Positions 40,111 to 50,733 are shown, counted from the first letter of the stretch. The stretch is DNA of 64,000 nt from an uncultured Acidobacteriota bacterium (GCA_913043225.1 CAJWLU010000007.1:1-64000); one strand, 5' to 3'. Program-made: numbers and translations. Notes: generated from the sequence alone by a model not told the origin.

Positions 40111-40290
40111 TCCGCTTCTCCTTCGCATCAACCCGAGGGCAGGATAGGTTGCGGTAGCAGCTGTCGCAAGTGCTCCGCAATGTTGCCACTTCGCTCGGCC
40201 ACGAAATGTGACTTCCCGATCGCCAGTCGAGCGCGTGAACTCTCCTCGAATCTCCAATAGAGACCGGCCCCGGTGGTAGGATGCGTGGCC

Positions 40291-41664
40291 ATGCGCATCC
40301 ATTCTCGTCGGTGCCTGCTCCTCCTGACCGGTGTCGTCATCACGGCCTGCGGCGGCGCACCGGCGCCCAGCTCCGAAGGTGCTGAACCGGTAGGCCTGGC
40401 CATTGTCGGCGCGCGTCTAATCGATGGTACCGGCGGCACGCCGGTCGATGACTCTGTGGTGCTCGTGCGCGACGGACGCATCCAGGCAGCCGGCGCTCGT
40501 GACGCCGTCCCGGTTCCAGACGGTGCCGAGGTCGTGGACGCATCGGGACAAACCATCATTCCGGGTCTGGTCGACCTGCACGGCCATTACGGAGGCTCGA
40601 TCGAGGCAGCCGAACAGGCACTCAAGAACCAACTCTACTACGGTGTGACGACGACCAGGAGCATCGGCAGTGACCCCCCAGACAAGGTCGCGCTCATGCT
40701 CGAAGCGCACGCCGGGAGAGCCGATCTCCCCCGAGCCTTCACGGCCGGACTCGGCTTCTCCTACCCCGGCGGGTTCAACTCTAGCTTCCCGAACCTGCCG
40801 ACAACGGAGGACGAGGCACGAGAAATGGTCCGCGCGCAGGCGGCGCTCAACGTGCACTTCACCAAGATGTGGATCAACGAGGTGGCCGAACCGGAACGGA
40901 AGATTCCGCCAGGCATCCGGATCGCCATCGTCGACGAGTCGATTCGGAACGGCCTGGTCCCGGTAGCCCATATCGACGAAGAGGCTGACGCCGTCCAACT
41001 GCTCGAAGCGGGGCTCAATGAGTTTCTGCACAGCACCGTGTTGACCTTCGGCCCAGGTTCAGGGGCTCCGATGGACGACCCCGAGCCGGGTCAGGAGTTC
41101 GTCAACCTTTGCCTAGAGCGCGACTGCGCCTTCACCCCAACGCTCTCGATCATCCAGAACAACTGGCACTTCGCCGAACTCCCGGAGCTACTTGAGGACG
41201 CCGACCTTCGGCGGGTAATGAACCCGGGGGCGCTTGAGCGCTTCAGCGACGCTGAGACCAGGGCCGGGATCATCGAGGCCGACAACTTCACCGACCGACA
41301 GGCGGCGTTCCGCCAGGTGCAGAACTTCGTCAAGACGATTCACGACGCGGGCATCAAGGTAGCGCTGGGCACCGATAGTGGCACGGCGAACGTGCCGATG
41401 GGCTGGGGCACACACCACGAGCTCGAGCTCTACGTCGAGGCGGGACTCACACCGATGGAGACGCTGGTGGCTGCCACCTCTACCGGGGCCAGTCGGATGC
41501 CCCCGGTCGGCGAGGCGGATTTCGGGACACTGGCGACCGGAATGAGCGCCGACCTAGTCCTGCTCGACGCCGACCCGCTCGAGGACATTTCGAATACCCT
41601 GGCGATCAACCGGGTCATGCTGCGCGGGGAATGGGTCGACCGAGAGAGCCTGCTCGCGCCCTAA
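40291..41664 (+). CDS. Lipoprotein amidohydrolase (paralog B)
   Basis: VITAC lipobox; PGLVDLHGH, TKMW, AHIDE, LHS, GTDSG; long blocks identical to paralog A. Confidence 0.88.
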   Translation: MRIHSRRCLLLLTGVVITACGGAPAPSSEGAEPVGLAIVGARLIDGTGGTPVDDSVVLVRDGRIQAAGARDAVPVPDGAEVVDASGQTIIPGLVDLHGHYGGSIEAAEQALKNQLYYGVTTTRSIGSDPPDKVALMLEAHAGRADLPRAFTAGLGFSYPGGFNSSFPNLPTTEDEAREMVRAQAALNVHFTKMWINEVAEPERKIPPGIRIAIVDESIRNGLVPVAHIDEEADAVQLLEAGLNEFLHSTVLTFGPGSGAPMDDPEPGQEFVNLCLERDCAFTPTLSIIQNNWHFAELPELLEDADLRRVMNPGALERFSDAETRAGIIEADNFTDRQAAFRQVQNFVKTIHDAGIKVALGTDSGTANVPMGWGTHHELELYVEAGLTPMETLVAATSTGASRMPPVGEADFGTLATGMSADLVLLDADPLEDISNTLAINRVMLRGEWVDRESLLAP

Positions 41665-41669
41665 TCGGC

Positions 41670-43178
41670 CTACCCCGGCGGCTTGAGCAGCGGCAGCTCC
41701 GCTAAATAGAGGAGCTGCGTGCCCGGCTCCAGCCGATACTCCTTCGACGGGTTGATGACCTCCTTGCCGGCCGGAGTCCTGAGACCCACCACGAGGCCAC
41801 CACGCTTTGAGAGCTGTATCCGGACGAGCAGCTCACCAAACGTTTCGTCACGCATTCCTTCGTCCGGCACCAGACCGACGTATACGTTGTGAGCCCCGGA
41901 CATGAGCACCCGGCTCATAGCAGAGGCGCTGCCGTGATAACGAACAGCGTGGGCAATCATCGAGTAGCCAATCCTCTGGCTCTCGATCACCTCGTCGGCG
42001 CCGGCCATCTTGGCGTGATCAACGTTCTCAGAATCGAGCACCTCCGCCACCAGGTAGAGCGGGGACCGTCGGTGCCGGACGCTTCCCGCGTGGCTCTGCA
42101 TATAGGCGCGGATAGTGAACGTGATGAGGATGGTCTTCGCATCGGCCGCCTGCGGAGTGGTGTCACGCTCGCCAGTGACGATAACCCCGGCAGCGTGGGT
42201 CAGCCGGACCTTGTCCAGCTCGCTCTCCTTGGTAGGGTCGCCCTGCACCCAAAAGAACGCGGGCGGCAGATCTTTCGGCCGTTCGTGACAGTCGAACAGA
42301 ACGACCCGAGTTTCCTGGAGCTTGAGCTCGTACTGGAGCGCGTCGAGCATAAGGTGCGTGCTCTCGTCCCATCCGCATACGACGATGTGGTTCACGTAGT
42401 CGCTCATCCGGAACTGCTCCTCACGAATGCTGAGCATGCTGTTGACCAAGCTCGCACCAACGATGCCGGCGAAGAGCGCCAGCGTAAACATCCCACCAAT
42501 CATCAGGCCAGCTCCGACAATCCGCCCTAGCCCAGTCACCACCGAGATGTCGCCAAATCCGACCGTCGTCACCGTCACCAGCGCCCACCACAGACCGTCG
42601 CCAAAACTCGCGATCTGCGGATTGACCCGGCTCTCAACCAGGAAGATGGTGGCCCCTCCCAGTAACGTCACCACTCCCAACACTACGAAGGCAAGCGTGA
42701 AAAGCAGCCGGTTCTCTTCGAACGCCTGGAAGACGATGGCGAACGGATTACGATACTGGAACACGCTAGACGTGCGCAGCAACCGTAGTAGCCGAAGCAC
42801 ACGCAGGCCGCGGAGCTCAGGAAACAGCGCGAGCACGGCGAGCAGGTCGATCACCATCTGTGGCCGGGCCAGGAACTTGAGACGGCCGACAAGATGCGCG
42901 TGCAAGTGCCCCAGCGGGGGCCGTTTGAAAACGTCCAGTGCAGGGGGACGGAAGGTTCCCACCCGAAGAAGGATCTCGATGGCAAAGACGGTAAGGAGGA
43001 ACCGGTCGGCCAGGGCCACCACTTCAGCGGCCCGGACAGCCTCGGGTAATATCGACTCGAGGCCGAGCAGCACGATCGAGATCAGGATGAGGATCCAGAC
43101 CAGCGACTGGGTTACCCGGTACGCCCGGGTCTCCCGCACATGGAACGCCTCGTGCAGCCAGCCAGTCAACGCGCCCAT
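41670..43178 (-). CDS. 6-TM potassium channel with RCK (TrkA_N) domain
   Basis: S4-like LRGLRVLRLLRLLR, WWALVTVTTVGFGD filter, NHIVVCGW, GDPT. Confidence 0.9.
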   Translation of the reverse strand: MGALTGWLHEAFHVRETRAYRVTQSLVWILILISIVLLGLESILPEAVRAAEVVALADRFLLTVFAIEILLRVGTFRPPALDVFKRPPLGHLHAHLVGRLKFLARPQMVIDLLAVLALFPELRGLRVLRLLRLLRTSSVFQYRNPFAIVFQAFEENRLLFTLAFVVLGVVTLLGGATIFLVESRVNPQIASFGDGLWWALVTVTTVGFGDISVVTGLGRIVGAGLMIGGMFTLALFAGIVGASLVNSMLSIREEQFRMSDYVNHIVVCGWDESTHLMLDALQYELKLQETRVVLFDCHERPKDLPPAFFWVQGDPTKESELDKVRLTHAAGVIVTGERDTTPQAADAKTILITFTIRAYMQSHAGSVRHRRSPLYLVAEVLDSENVDHAKMAGADEVIESQRIGYSMIAHAVRYHGSASAMSRVLMSGAHNVYVGLVPDEGMRDETFGELLVRIQLSKRGGLVVGLRTPAGKEVINPSKEYRLEPGTQLLYLAELPLLKPPG

Positions 43179-43250
43179 ATCGTCAGCCTACACCCACCGC
43201 TGCAATACGTCGACGTAAGCGGAAGACGCTGTCTCGAAGTCCTGAACGCC

Positions 43251-45656
43251 ATGAACATCTTCACATCGGTTCGGCGACGTCATCCACAGATCGTGCCCGG
43301 TTTATCGGTCGCCATCACTGTCACCGCCACCGCTTTCGCCCAACCTCCCATCATCCAGCCTGGCGCCCCCGGGGAACCGAGCCGCGAGATCACGGCCGCC
43401 GAGGCGGCGGACCTGGCCGGCTTCAGCTATACCGACGGTGACGTCAAGTTCGTGCAGGGCATGATTCCGCATCATGCCCAGGCGCTCGAGATGACCGCGC
43501 TGGTCGGGGGCCGCACCCAAAGTAACGAAATACGGCAACTCGCCCAACGGATCGAGATCTCGCAAGAAGACGAGATCGCGATGATGCAGGAGTGGCTCCG
43601 CGACCGCGACCAGGATGTGCCCACGATCGACACGCACCATCAGCCCGGATGGACGCTGATGCCCGGCATGCTCACACCGGAGGAGATGGCCGAGCTTGAA
43701 GCCGCTACCGACGCCACGTTCGATCGGCTGTTTCTCCAGCTGATGATCAAGCACCACCGCGGAGCGCTGACAATGGTCGATAACCTACTCGACCAGGCGG
43801 GCGCGGCCCAGGACTCGCAGCTCTTCGCCTTCACCTCCGACGTCGAGACCGATCAGAGCATAGAGATCGACCGGATGGACGACATGCTATCCGCGCTATC
43901 GACGGACCCCCGGGTGCAGCTCGCGGGCGGATTCGACCACGCCGAACAGGCTCTCTGGAACATGGCACTGGTCTCCAGCCAGCCGAAGCCGGAGGGATTC
44001 TACGACCCGGCGGAAGCCGCCCAGCGAGCGAGGGACAACGACGAGGAGAACGACCCGCCGCGCGAGCGTCCGCGGCGCGGGCTGCTGGACTTCTCGAACA
44101 CCGACATGGCCTTCTCGGGCGACATCTTGTTCGAAGGCAACTACCACGGCTTCAGCACCTATCGGGTTGAGGTGCCTGCTTCGCCGCAACTGGTTGCGTC
44201 TGTCGTCTGTCCGGGCGGACAGGGTGACGTCTCGGTGATCGGGGAGCTGCTCATCATGTCGGTCGAACAGACCCGGGGCCGCCTCGACTGTGGCCTGCAA
44301 GGGGTCTCCGAGCGGGTGAGCGACGAGCGGTTCCGGGGCATCCGGATCTTCGACATTAGCGACATGCGGCGCCCTCTGCAGCTAGCCGCCGTCCAGACCT
44401 GCCGGGGATCACACACCCACACATTGGTCGGCGACCCGGACGGCAGCGGCAACATCTATGTCTACGGATCAGGCACCGCGCCGGTTCGTTCAGGCGAGGA
44501 ACTAGAGGGGTGCTCAGACGCTTCCCCCACCGAAGAGCCGCAAACAGCACTCTTTCGAATCGATGTCATCCGGATCCCGCTGGCGAACCCGGCCGAGGCC
44601 AGTGTGGTCAACCGACCGTTCCTCTTCCGTGACCCAGACACCGGTGAGATCGCGGGTCTGTGGGGCGGCGGTGATCATGGCCCAGGTACGCAGCGGACGC
44701 GAATGACCAACCAGTGTCACGACATCACCGCGTACCCCGAGATTGGACTTGCAGCGGGTGCCTGCTCCGGCAACGGCATCCTGATCGATATCTCCGATCC
44801 GGAACACCCGGTGCGAATCGACGAAGTGGTAGACCCCGGGTTCTCCTACTGGCACTCGGCGACCTTTAACAACGACGGCTCCAAGGTTCTCTTCACCGAC
44901 GAGTGGGGCGGCGGCGGCCGAGCCCGCTGCCGCGCGTCGGACCCCATCAACTGGGGAGCCAACGCCATCTACGACATCGTGGACAACCGCCTGCAGTATC
45001 GGAGCCACTACAAGCTGCCTGCACCGCAGGGCGAGACGGAGAACTGCGTCGCCCACAACGGCTCGCTAGTGCCGGTCCCGGGCCGCGACATCATGGTGCA
45101 GGCCTGGTATCAGGGCGGCATCTCGGTCTTCGACTTCACCGACTCGTCGAACCCGTTCGAGATCGCCTACTTCGACAGGGGACCGCTGAACCCGGACCGG
45201 TTGATGATGGGCGGCTTCTGGTCTGCCTACTGGTATCGCGGTTACATTTACGGCACCGAGATCGCGCGTGGGCTCGACGTCCTCGAGCTCCTACCCAGCG
45301 AGCACCTCACCGAGAACGAGATCGCGGCCGCGTCTACCGTGGCGTCCGAGACCTTCAACGCCCAGGATCAGCGACGAGTCACATGGCCGGCCCGACCGAT
45401 CGTAGCGCTCGCCTATGTGGACCAGTTGGCCGGCGGGAACGCCTTAACGGCGGCTCAACTCGAATCGATTGGCGCCCTGCTCGAACGCACCGACGCGCCG
45501 CTGGCCACGGGATCGCGAGATACCGGACTCGCCGATGAGCTCGAGAGCGCGGCGCAGGTTGTGGACAGAGCCGCCGGTGGAGCCAGCGGACGCACCGAAG
45601 CCAAAATCGAGACGCTAGGCGGCTTGCTGCGAGACCTTGAAGAGCGGTTGCGCTAA
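43251..45656 (+). CDS. DUF305 + LVIVD-repeat beta-propeller fusion, exported
   Basis: QGMIPHHAQA, MIKHHRGA (DUF305); CPGGQGDVS, TCRGSHTHT, QCHDIT, NCVAHNG, EIARGLDV. Confidence 0.85.
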   Translation: MNIFTSVRRRHPQIVPGLSVAITVTATAFAQPPIIQPGAPGEPSREITAAEAADLAGFSYTDGDVKFVQGMIPHHAQALEMTALVGGRTQSNEIRQLAQRIEISQEDEIAMMQEWLRDRDQDVPTIDTHHQPGWTLMPGMLTPEEMAELEAATDATFDRLFLQLMIKHHRGALTMVDNLLDQAGAAQDSQLFAFTSDVETDQSIEIDRMDDMLSALSTDPRVQLAGGFDHAEQALWNMALVSSQPKPEGFYDPAEAAQRARDNDEENDPPRERPRRGLLDFSNTDMAFSGDILFEGNYHGFSTYRVEVPASPQLVASVVCPGGQGDVSVIGELLIMSVEQTRGRLDCGLQGVSERVSDERFRGIRIFDISDMRRPLQLAAVQTCRGSHTHTLVGDPDGSGNIYVYGSGTAPVRSGEELEGCSDASPTEEPQTALFRIDVIRIPLANPAEASVVNRPFLFRDPDTGEIAGLWGGGDHGPGTQRTRMTNQCHDITAYPEIGLAAGACSGNGILIDISDPEHPVRIDEVVDPGFSYWHSATFNNDGSKVLFTDEWGGGGRARCRASDPINWGANAIYDIVDNRLQYRSHYKLPAPQGETENCVAHNGSLVPVPGRDIMVQAWYQGGISVFDFTDSSNPFEIAYFDRGPLNPDRLMMGGFWSAYWYRGYIYGTEIARGLDVLELLPSEHLTENEIAAASTVASETFNAQDQRRVTWPARPIVALAYVDQLAGGNALTAAQLESIGALLERTDAPLATGSRDTGLADELESAAQVVDRAAGGASGRTEAKIETLGGLLRDLEERLR

Positions 45657-45670
45657 ACCCTCTCTCCCAC

Positions 45671-45811
45671 GCTAGCTACATCGAGTACGCGAAAACGTCC
45701 GCCGGTTGGATTCTGCGCACCGACTACCGGCTCACCGTCACGGGCCACCGGGCTCTCGAGGACTACCTCGACCGGATGGAAACGCTGATCCAGACTACGC
45801 ACTGCCGGTAG
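45671..45811 (+). pseudogene. C-terminal remnant of a winged-helix (MarR-like HTH_34) regulator
   Basis: ASYIEYAKTSAGWILRTDYRLTVTGHRALEDYLDRMETLIQTTHCR*; no start codon or N-terminal HTH. Confidence 0.6.
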
Positions 45812-45873
45812 CCGCCCCCCCTTCGCAAGGCGCCGCACGGCCACGCCGACGTGCGGTTGTATACTCTGGCCCG

Positions 45874-46479
45874 ATGGCACATCCGCTCTCGTCCTACACG
45901 GCGGTCCGCACGATCGGGCTCCTAAACCTGATCGCCGTCGGAACCCTCGCGCTCGCGGGACCGGCGAACGCGCAGATCACGGCGACGGCACGCACGGGCG
46001 CAACCCCGGCTTGGAACAAGGGCCTTCAACCGATCTCGCCTGAGAGCTACTACAATGCCATCGAGTGTGGGAACACGGACGCCGCCGACCCACCGTGTGT
46101 CTTCTGGGACACCGGGTTGTGCGAGAATGATGACTTCACGCTTAACGCCTACTCGGCCTACAAGCAGGTCGCCTACGAAGTGTGGGCCACGGTTCGTCAG
46201 GGACAGCCGGCGCCCGAGCCGAACTTCTACGCCGCCAGGAACACCCGGGTCACAATCAGCGCGGAACCGAAGTCAGACTCTTCGAACGAGTTCCAAGACC
46301 TGATCCTTAAGCGCGGTGACCAGGTAGCCTCACCGGTTGATCGAAACATCCGAGCCAAGCGGGTCACCTGGGACTACGACGCCTGGGCACCCCGAAGCGC
46401 CGTGACCCTCGAAATGGTCGGCTCCGAGCGCACCATCTCGTGCACCATCCCAGCGGCGGTACTCCAGCAGTTCCGCTGA
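45874..46479 (+). CDS. Secreted hypothetical protein
   Basis: Signal peptide (..PANA-Q); TATACT 8 nt upstream; 7 nt before rocD. Confidence 0.7.
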   Translation: MAHPLSSYTAVRTIGLLNLIAVGTLALAGPANAQITATARTGATPAWNKGLQPISPESYYNAIECGNTDAADPPCVFWDTGLCENDDFTLNAYSAYKQVAYEVWATVRQGQPAPEPNFYAARNTRVTISAEPKSDSSNEFQDLILKRGDQVASPVDRNIRAKRVTWDYDAWAPRSAVTLEMVGSERTISCTIPAAVLQQFR

Positions 46480-46486
46480 TTCGCAC

Positions 46487-47707
46487 ATGTCGTACACCGC
46501 GATCGGTCCCGACCAGCTCATTGGTCTCGAAGGCCAGTACGGCGCACGTAACTACCATCCGCTCGACGTGGTTCTCACTCGAGGCGAAGGCGTCTGGGTG
46601 TGGGATGTCGAAGGCCGGCGCTACCTCGACTGCCTGGCCGCCTATTCGGCCGTGAACCAGGGACACTGTCATCCACGGATTGTGGCTGCCCTAACCGAGC
46701 AGGCGGCGCGGATCACGCTGACGTCCCGGGCATTTCGGAACGACCAACTTGGTCCGTTCTATGAGGAGCTGTCGGCATTGACCGGGTTCCCCCGCATCTT
46801 GCCGATGAATACCGGCGCCGAGGCAGTGGAGACGGCCGTCAAGATGGCCCGCAAATGGGCCTACCAGGTCAAGGGCGTCCCGGCCAACCAAGCCGAGATC
46901 CTCGTCTTTTCGAACAACTTCCACGGACGAACCACCACCATCGTAGGCTTCTCTAGCGAGGAAAAGTATCGCGACGGATTCGGTCCATTCGCCCCGGGCT
47001 TCAGATTGCTCCCCTTCGGAGATCTGGCCGCACTCGACGACGCCTTCTCGACAAAGGTAGCGGCGGTGCTGGTCGAACCGATTCAGGGGGAAGCCGGCAT
47101 CCTAGTCCCGCCGGACGGCTATCTCCGGGCATTGCGTGACTCTTGCGACGAGCACCAAGCGCTGCTGATGGTAGACGAGATTCAGAGTGGTCTCGGACGC
47201 ACCGGACGCCTATTCGCTTACGAGCACGACGACATCCGTCCCGATGCGATCATAGTCGGGAAGGCGCTCGCGGGCGGCTGCTACCCGGTCTCGGCGGTGC
47301 TGGCCGACGACGTGCCGATGCAGGTCTTCAACCCCGGTGACCACGGGTCGACGTTCGGCGGGAACCCGCTCGGGTGCGCTGTGGCGCGCGCCGCCCTCCG
47401 CGTACTGACCGAGGAGCGGCTCATCGAAAACTCCGCCACCCTGGGACGGTATCTGTTCGATCGGCTGTCGGTCCTACCCCAGGCCTCGATCCGCGAAGTA
47501 CGCGGACGTGGGCTCTGGGTCGGCGTCGAGCTCACGCCCGAAGCCGGCGGAGCACGACGCTACTGCGAGGCACTGCAGGCCGAGGGCATTCTCTGCAAGG
47601 AAACCCACGAGCACGTCATCCGGTTCGCTCCCCCACTCGTGATCACGCGCGACGAGATCGACTGGGCTATGGAGCGGGTGGAGCGGGTCTTCGACAGCCT
47701 CAGCTAG
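46487..47707 (+). CDS. rocD: Ornithine--oxo-acid aminotransferase
   Basis: [62 protein letters not shown]. Confidence 0.95.
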   Translation: MSYTAIGPDQLIGLEGQYGARNYHPLDVVLTRGEGVWVWDVEGRRYLDCLAAYSAVNQGHCHPRIVAALTEQAARITLTSRAFRNDQLGPFYEELSALTGFPRILPMNTGAEAVETAVKMARKWAYQVKGVPANQAEILVFSNNFHGRTTTIVGFSSEEKYRDGFGPFAPGFRLLPFGDLAALDDAFSTKVAAVLVEPIQGEAGILVPPDGYLRALRDSCDEHQALLMVDEIQSGLGRTGRLFAYEHDDIRPDAIIVGKALAGGCYPVSAVLADDVPMQVFNPGDHGSTFGGNPLGCAVARAALRVLTEERLIENSATLGRYLFDRLSVLPQASIREVRGRGLWVGVELTPEAGGARRYCEALQAEGILCKETHEHVIRFAPPLVITRDEIDWAMERVERVFDSLS

Positions 47708-47719
47708 TACCAACCGACC

Positions 47720-48871
47720 ATGAGCCAGCTACGCGACGCCGCCGCGGTGTCCGGGATCGGCGAAACTCAGTATCTGCGGGGTACCGACAAGACCCCGTTG
47801 CGACTCACGCTCGAGGCCTCACTGGCAGCAATCGACGACGCGGGGCTTACCCCAAAAGCAATCGATGGCATCGTGGCCTATGCCAGTGGTGGGGTGGTTG
47901 CCGAGGATCTGCTCACTGCCTTCGGGAGCGAGGACTTCCTATTCTCCGCGACCACGCCGCTCGGAGGGGCCAGTGCGGCGGCCGCACTCCAGTGTGCCGC
48001 AATGGCCGTCGCCACCGGGGTCGCGACCCACGTGCTGATTCCACTGGGCCGCGCCGGCTACTCGGGCACGCGGATCAACCGCCGGGTCGGCCAGATGCGA
48101 CAGTTCGATGTGGTGTCGCAATTCGAAGCACCGGTCGGTGCCAACGCCCCGGCACAGTACTACGCGCCGATGGCCCGACGGCACATGGAGCTCTACGGCA
48201 CCACCAGTGAGCAATTTGGCGAGGTGGCCGTAACTATGCGCCGCCACGCCGCGCTCAATCCCAACGCATTGATGCGCAAGTCGATGAGCCTGGAAGATCA
48301 TCAGGCCTCGCGCATGATCGCCGACCCGTTCCGGCTGTTCGACTGCTGCCTAGAGAGCGACGGCGGCGCCGCCGTAGTGGTCTCCGCCGCCGAACGGGCC
48401 CGCGACATGCCTCGTCGGCCGGTCTACTTGTCCGGCATGGGCGTCGGGCACCCGGACTCACCGAGCGCGATCACGCAGCGGCCCGACATAACTACCTTAG
48501 GACTCGCCAAGGCAGCGCCGCGGGCGTTCGCCATGGCGGGCGTCACGCCCGACGACATCGACGTAGCCCAGCTCTACGATTGCTTCACCTACACGGTACT
48601 GTGCCAGCTTGAAGACCTCGGGTATTGCCCGAAGGGCGAAGGTGGCGCCTTCGTGGAAGGGGGACGCCTGGGTCTCGACGGAGACCTGCCGACCAACACT
48701 CACGGCGGGCTGCTCTCGCAGGCGCATGTGGCTGGGCTGAATCACGTGGTGGAGTTGGTACGTCAGCTTCGAGGCGAGGCCGAGGGCCGACAGGTCGAGG
48801 ACGCCGAAATAGGCCTAGTTACGGGCTATGGTGACCTTGGCGATGGCTCACTGGCCATTATGCGGCGGTGA
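47720..48871 (+). CDS. SCP2-thiolase-like protein lacking the N-terminal catalytic Cys (Ltp2/aldolase-like)
   Basis: GIGET, PLGGASAA (no Cys), DCCLESDGG, QLYDCFT, NTHGGLLSQAH. Confidence 0.8.
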   Translation: MSQLRDAAAVSGIGETQYLRGTDKTPLRLTLEASLAAIDDAGLTPKAIDGIVAYASGGVVAEDLLTAFGSEDFLFSATTPLGGASAAAALQCAAMAVATGVATHVLIPLGRAGYSGTRINRRVGQMRQFDVVSQFEAPVGANAPAQYYAPMARRHMELYGTTSEQFGEVAVTMRRHAALNPNALMRKSMSLEDHQASRMIADPFRLFDCCLESDGGAAVVVSAAERARDMPRRPVYLSGMGVGHPDSPSAITQRPDITTLGLAKAAPRAFAMAGVTPDDIDVAQLYDCFTYTVLCQLEDLGYCPKGEGGAFVEGGRLGLDGDLPTNTHGGLLSQAHVAGLNHVVELVRQLRGEAEGRQVEDAEIGLVTGYGDLGDGSLAIMRR

Positions 48872-48872
48872 C

Positions 48873-49316
48873 ATGATGCGGCAAGGAGCGAGGAGTCAGG
48901 AAGTAGAAGATACGAGCGTACGCCCCACGCCGGAGACGACGGCTGACAGCCAGCCCTACTGGGACGGGCTACGAGAGCACCGGCTCATGCTCCAACGATG
49001 CGCCAGCTGCAAGACCCCCCGCCACTACCCTCGGCCGATGTGCGCTAGCTGCCACTCACTCGAGGCCGAGTGGTTTGAGGCCACCGGACACGGCACGGTG
49101 CACAGCTGGACCGTCAGCCATCACGCCTTCCACCGCGGATTCAAGGACACGACCCCATACACACTGGTGACGGTCGATTTGGAGGCTGGGGTGCGCATGG
49201 TCGCTCCGCTCGCGTCGTCATCTGAGCAGCCACTCCGTCTGGGCGCCCCTGTGGTGCTCGAATATCACGACGTGAGCAACGAGCTCACGCTGCCGAGGTT
49301 TCGTACTCATGAATAA
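48873..49316 (+). CDS. DUF35 Zn-ribbon/OB-fold protein
   Basis: PYWDG, QRCASC, YPRPMCASC, GTVHSWT, PY..V.L. Confidence 0.9.
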   Translation: MMRQGARSQEVEDTSVRPTPETTADSQPYWDGLREHRLMLQRCASCKTPRHYPRPMCASCHSLEAEWFEATGHGTVHSWTVSHHAFHRGFKDTTPYTLVTVDLEAGVRMVAPLASSSEQPLRLGAPVVLEYHDVSNELTLPRFRTHE

Positions 49317-49764
49317 CCTGCTAACCCCAGAGATCAAGGACTGGATCGGTCGCTCGGACACCCCGATCCCTCTCGAAGTCTCCAGACGCGATATCCAGAA
49401 ATACGCCATCGCCACCGAACAGCGGGTGGAGAAGTACCGCCGGGGAGACGAAGCACCGCCAATGTTTCTCTTTAACGCCCACTCGCCCCTGGTAGATCTG
49501 GACCAGCTTCGGCCAGACGGGCTCACCGTCGACGCGCTGCTACCAGAACTGCCGCTCAAGCGGGTGATGGCGGGCGGCGTCAAGAACACCTATCACCGCC
49601 CGATCCGGCCGGGCGACCAGCTCGTCCTCACCCGCACCCTGACCGACATCTATGAGAAACAGGGACGAAGCGGCCCACTCATCTTCGTGACCTACGTCAT
49701 GCGGGTCGAGACCGAAGCGGGTGAACTCGTGATGGAAGAAACCAGAAAGCGCATCTTCAGGTAG
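49309..49764 (+). CDS. MaoC-like hot-dog dehydratase, N-terminal (FAS1-like) subunit
   Basis: DIQKYAIA, APP.F, MAGG, RPIRPGD, KQGRSGPLIFV. Confidence 0.82.
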   Translation: MNNLLTPEIKDWIGRSDTPIPLEVSRRDIQKYAIATEQRVEKYRRGDEAPPMFLFNAHSPLVDLDQLRPDGLTVDALLPELPLKRVMAGGVKNTYHRPIRPGDQLVLTRTLTDIYEKQGRSGPLIFVTYVMRVETEAGELVMEETRKRIFR

Positions 49765-49769
49765 GACCC

Positions 49770-50177
49770 ATGCCCAGCATAGACATCGCCGTTGGCACTG
49801 CCATCGAGGAGCGCTCGCACCATCCGTCGATGGTCTCCCTCTTCCTCTACAACGCCGTCATCTGGAATCCACACCGGATTCACTTTGACGAGACCTACAC
49901 CACGCAGGTGGAAAAGCACCCGGGCATCGTGATCGACGGTCCTCTGCAGGGCGACTGGCTGGCCCAGGTGGTCACCGAGTGGCTCAGCGACGACGGCACG
50001 CTGGTGGAGATGGAGTACTCAAACCGACGCGCGTGCTACCTCGGCGAGACCCTCCGAGCCGGAGGCACCGTGAGCGAGGTGAACCGTGAGACCGGCACGA
50101 TCTCGCTGGAGCTGTACATCAAGAATCAGAGAAATGAAGTGCTTGCGCCTGGCCGAGCCATCGTGAAGCTGTCATAG
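49770..50177 (+). CDS. MaoC-like hydratase subunit
   Basis: LFLYNA..WNPHRIHFD, PGIVIDGPL. Confidence 0.82.
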   Translation: MPSIDIAVGTAIEERSHHPSMVSLFLYNAVIWNPHRIHFDETYTTQVEKHPGIVIDGPLQGDWLAQVVTEWLSDDGTLVEMEYSNRRACYLGETLRAGGTVSEVNRETGTISLELYIKNQRNEVLAPGRAIVKLS

Positions 50178-50474
50178 CTACCGACGAAACGCCGCCGCGG
50201 ACATCACCAGGAGCCCACCGGCCAGCCCAGCTGCGGCCCCAGCCACGATGCTGCTGGTCGGCTCGGGTAGCGCGAACCACAGCACGCCGACAGCAATGCC
50301 GGCCCCCGCGAGCAGGGCGCTGCCCAAGGCAACGGCGATACCCGTCCAACCACCTTTTGCGACCTGCACACGGACCGGCGCCGCACCGGGTGCCGAAGGA
50401 CCGCCCCGCCGGCGCGCGACGTAGAGGAGAAAGGCGAGCCCGGCGAGAATAGCAAGCTCGGTCGGTCCGATCAC
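50178..50474 (-). CDS. Small membrane protein
   Basis: MIGPTELAIL-type N-terminal TM plus two hydrophobic helices. Confidence 0.55.
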   Translation of the reverse strand: MIGPTELAILAGLAFLLYVARRRGGPSAPGAAPVRVQVAKGGWTGIAVALGSALLAGAGIAVGVLWFALPEPTSSIVAGAAAGLAGGLLVMSAAAFRR

Positions 50475-50650
50475 AGGCTGCTACCGGCGGCCACCGACTT
50501 GAGCGAGATGTTCACCACCGCCGCTCCACCCGCTTCCACCACATAGGAGATCGTCAATCCCGGCGGCTGCATCATCATCGTCAGGTCGTCGACGGGTAGC
50601 CATGAGCCACAACCGAGCAGCCAGCGCCAACCGTCGTACACTCCGATCAT
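50471..50650 (-). CDS. Small hypothetical protein (59 aa, not in the ORF track)
   Basis: MIGVYDGWRW...VAAGSSL*; TGA overlaps the GTG of the next gene; TATAAT on minus at 50701-50706. Confidence 0.3.
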   Translation of the reverse strand: MIGVYDGWRWLLGCGSWLPVDDLTMMMQPPGLTISYVVEAGGAAVVNISLKSVAAGSSL

Positions 50651-50733
50651 CTGCCCCTGTTCCCGCGTTCCTGCACCCAGATGGAACCGAACGGAACCGG
50701 ATTATACCGTCTACGATACTAAGCATATCGGTC

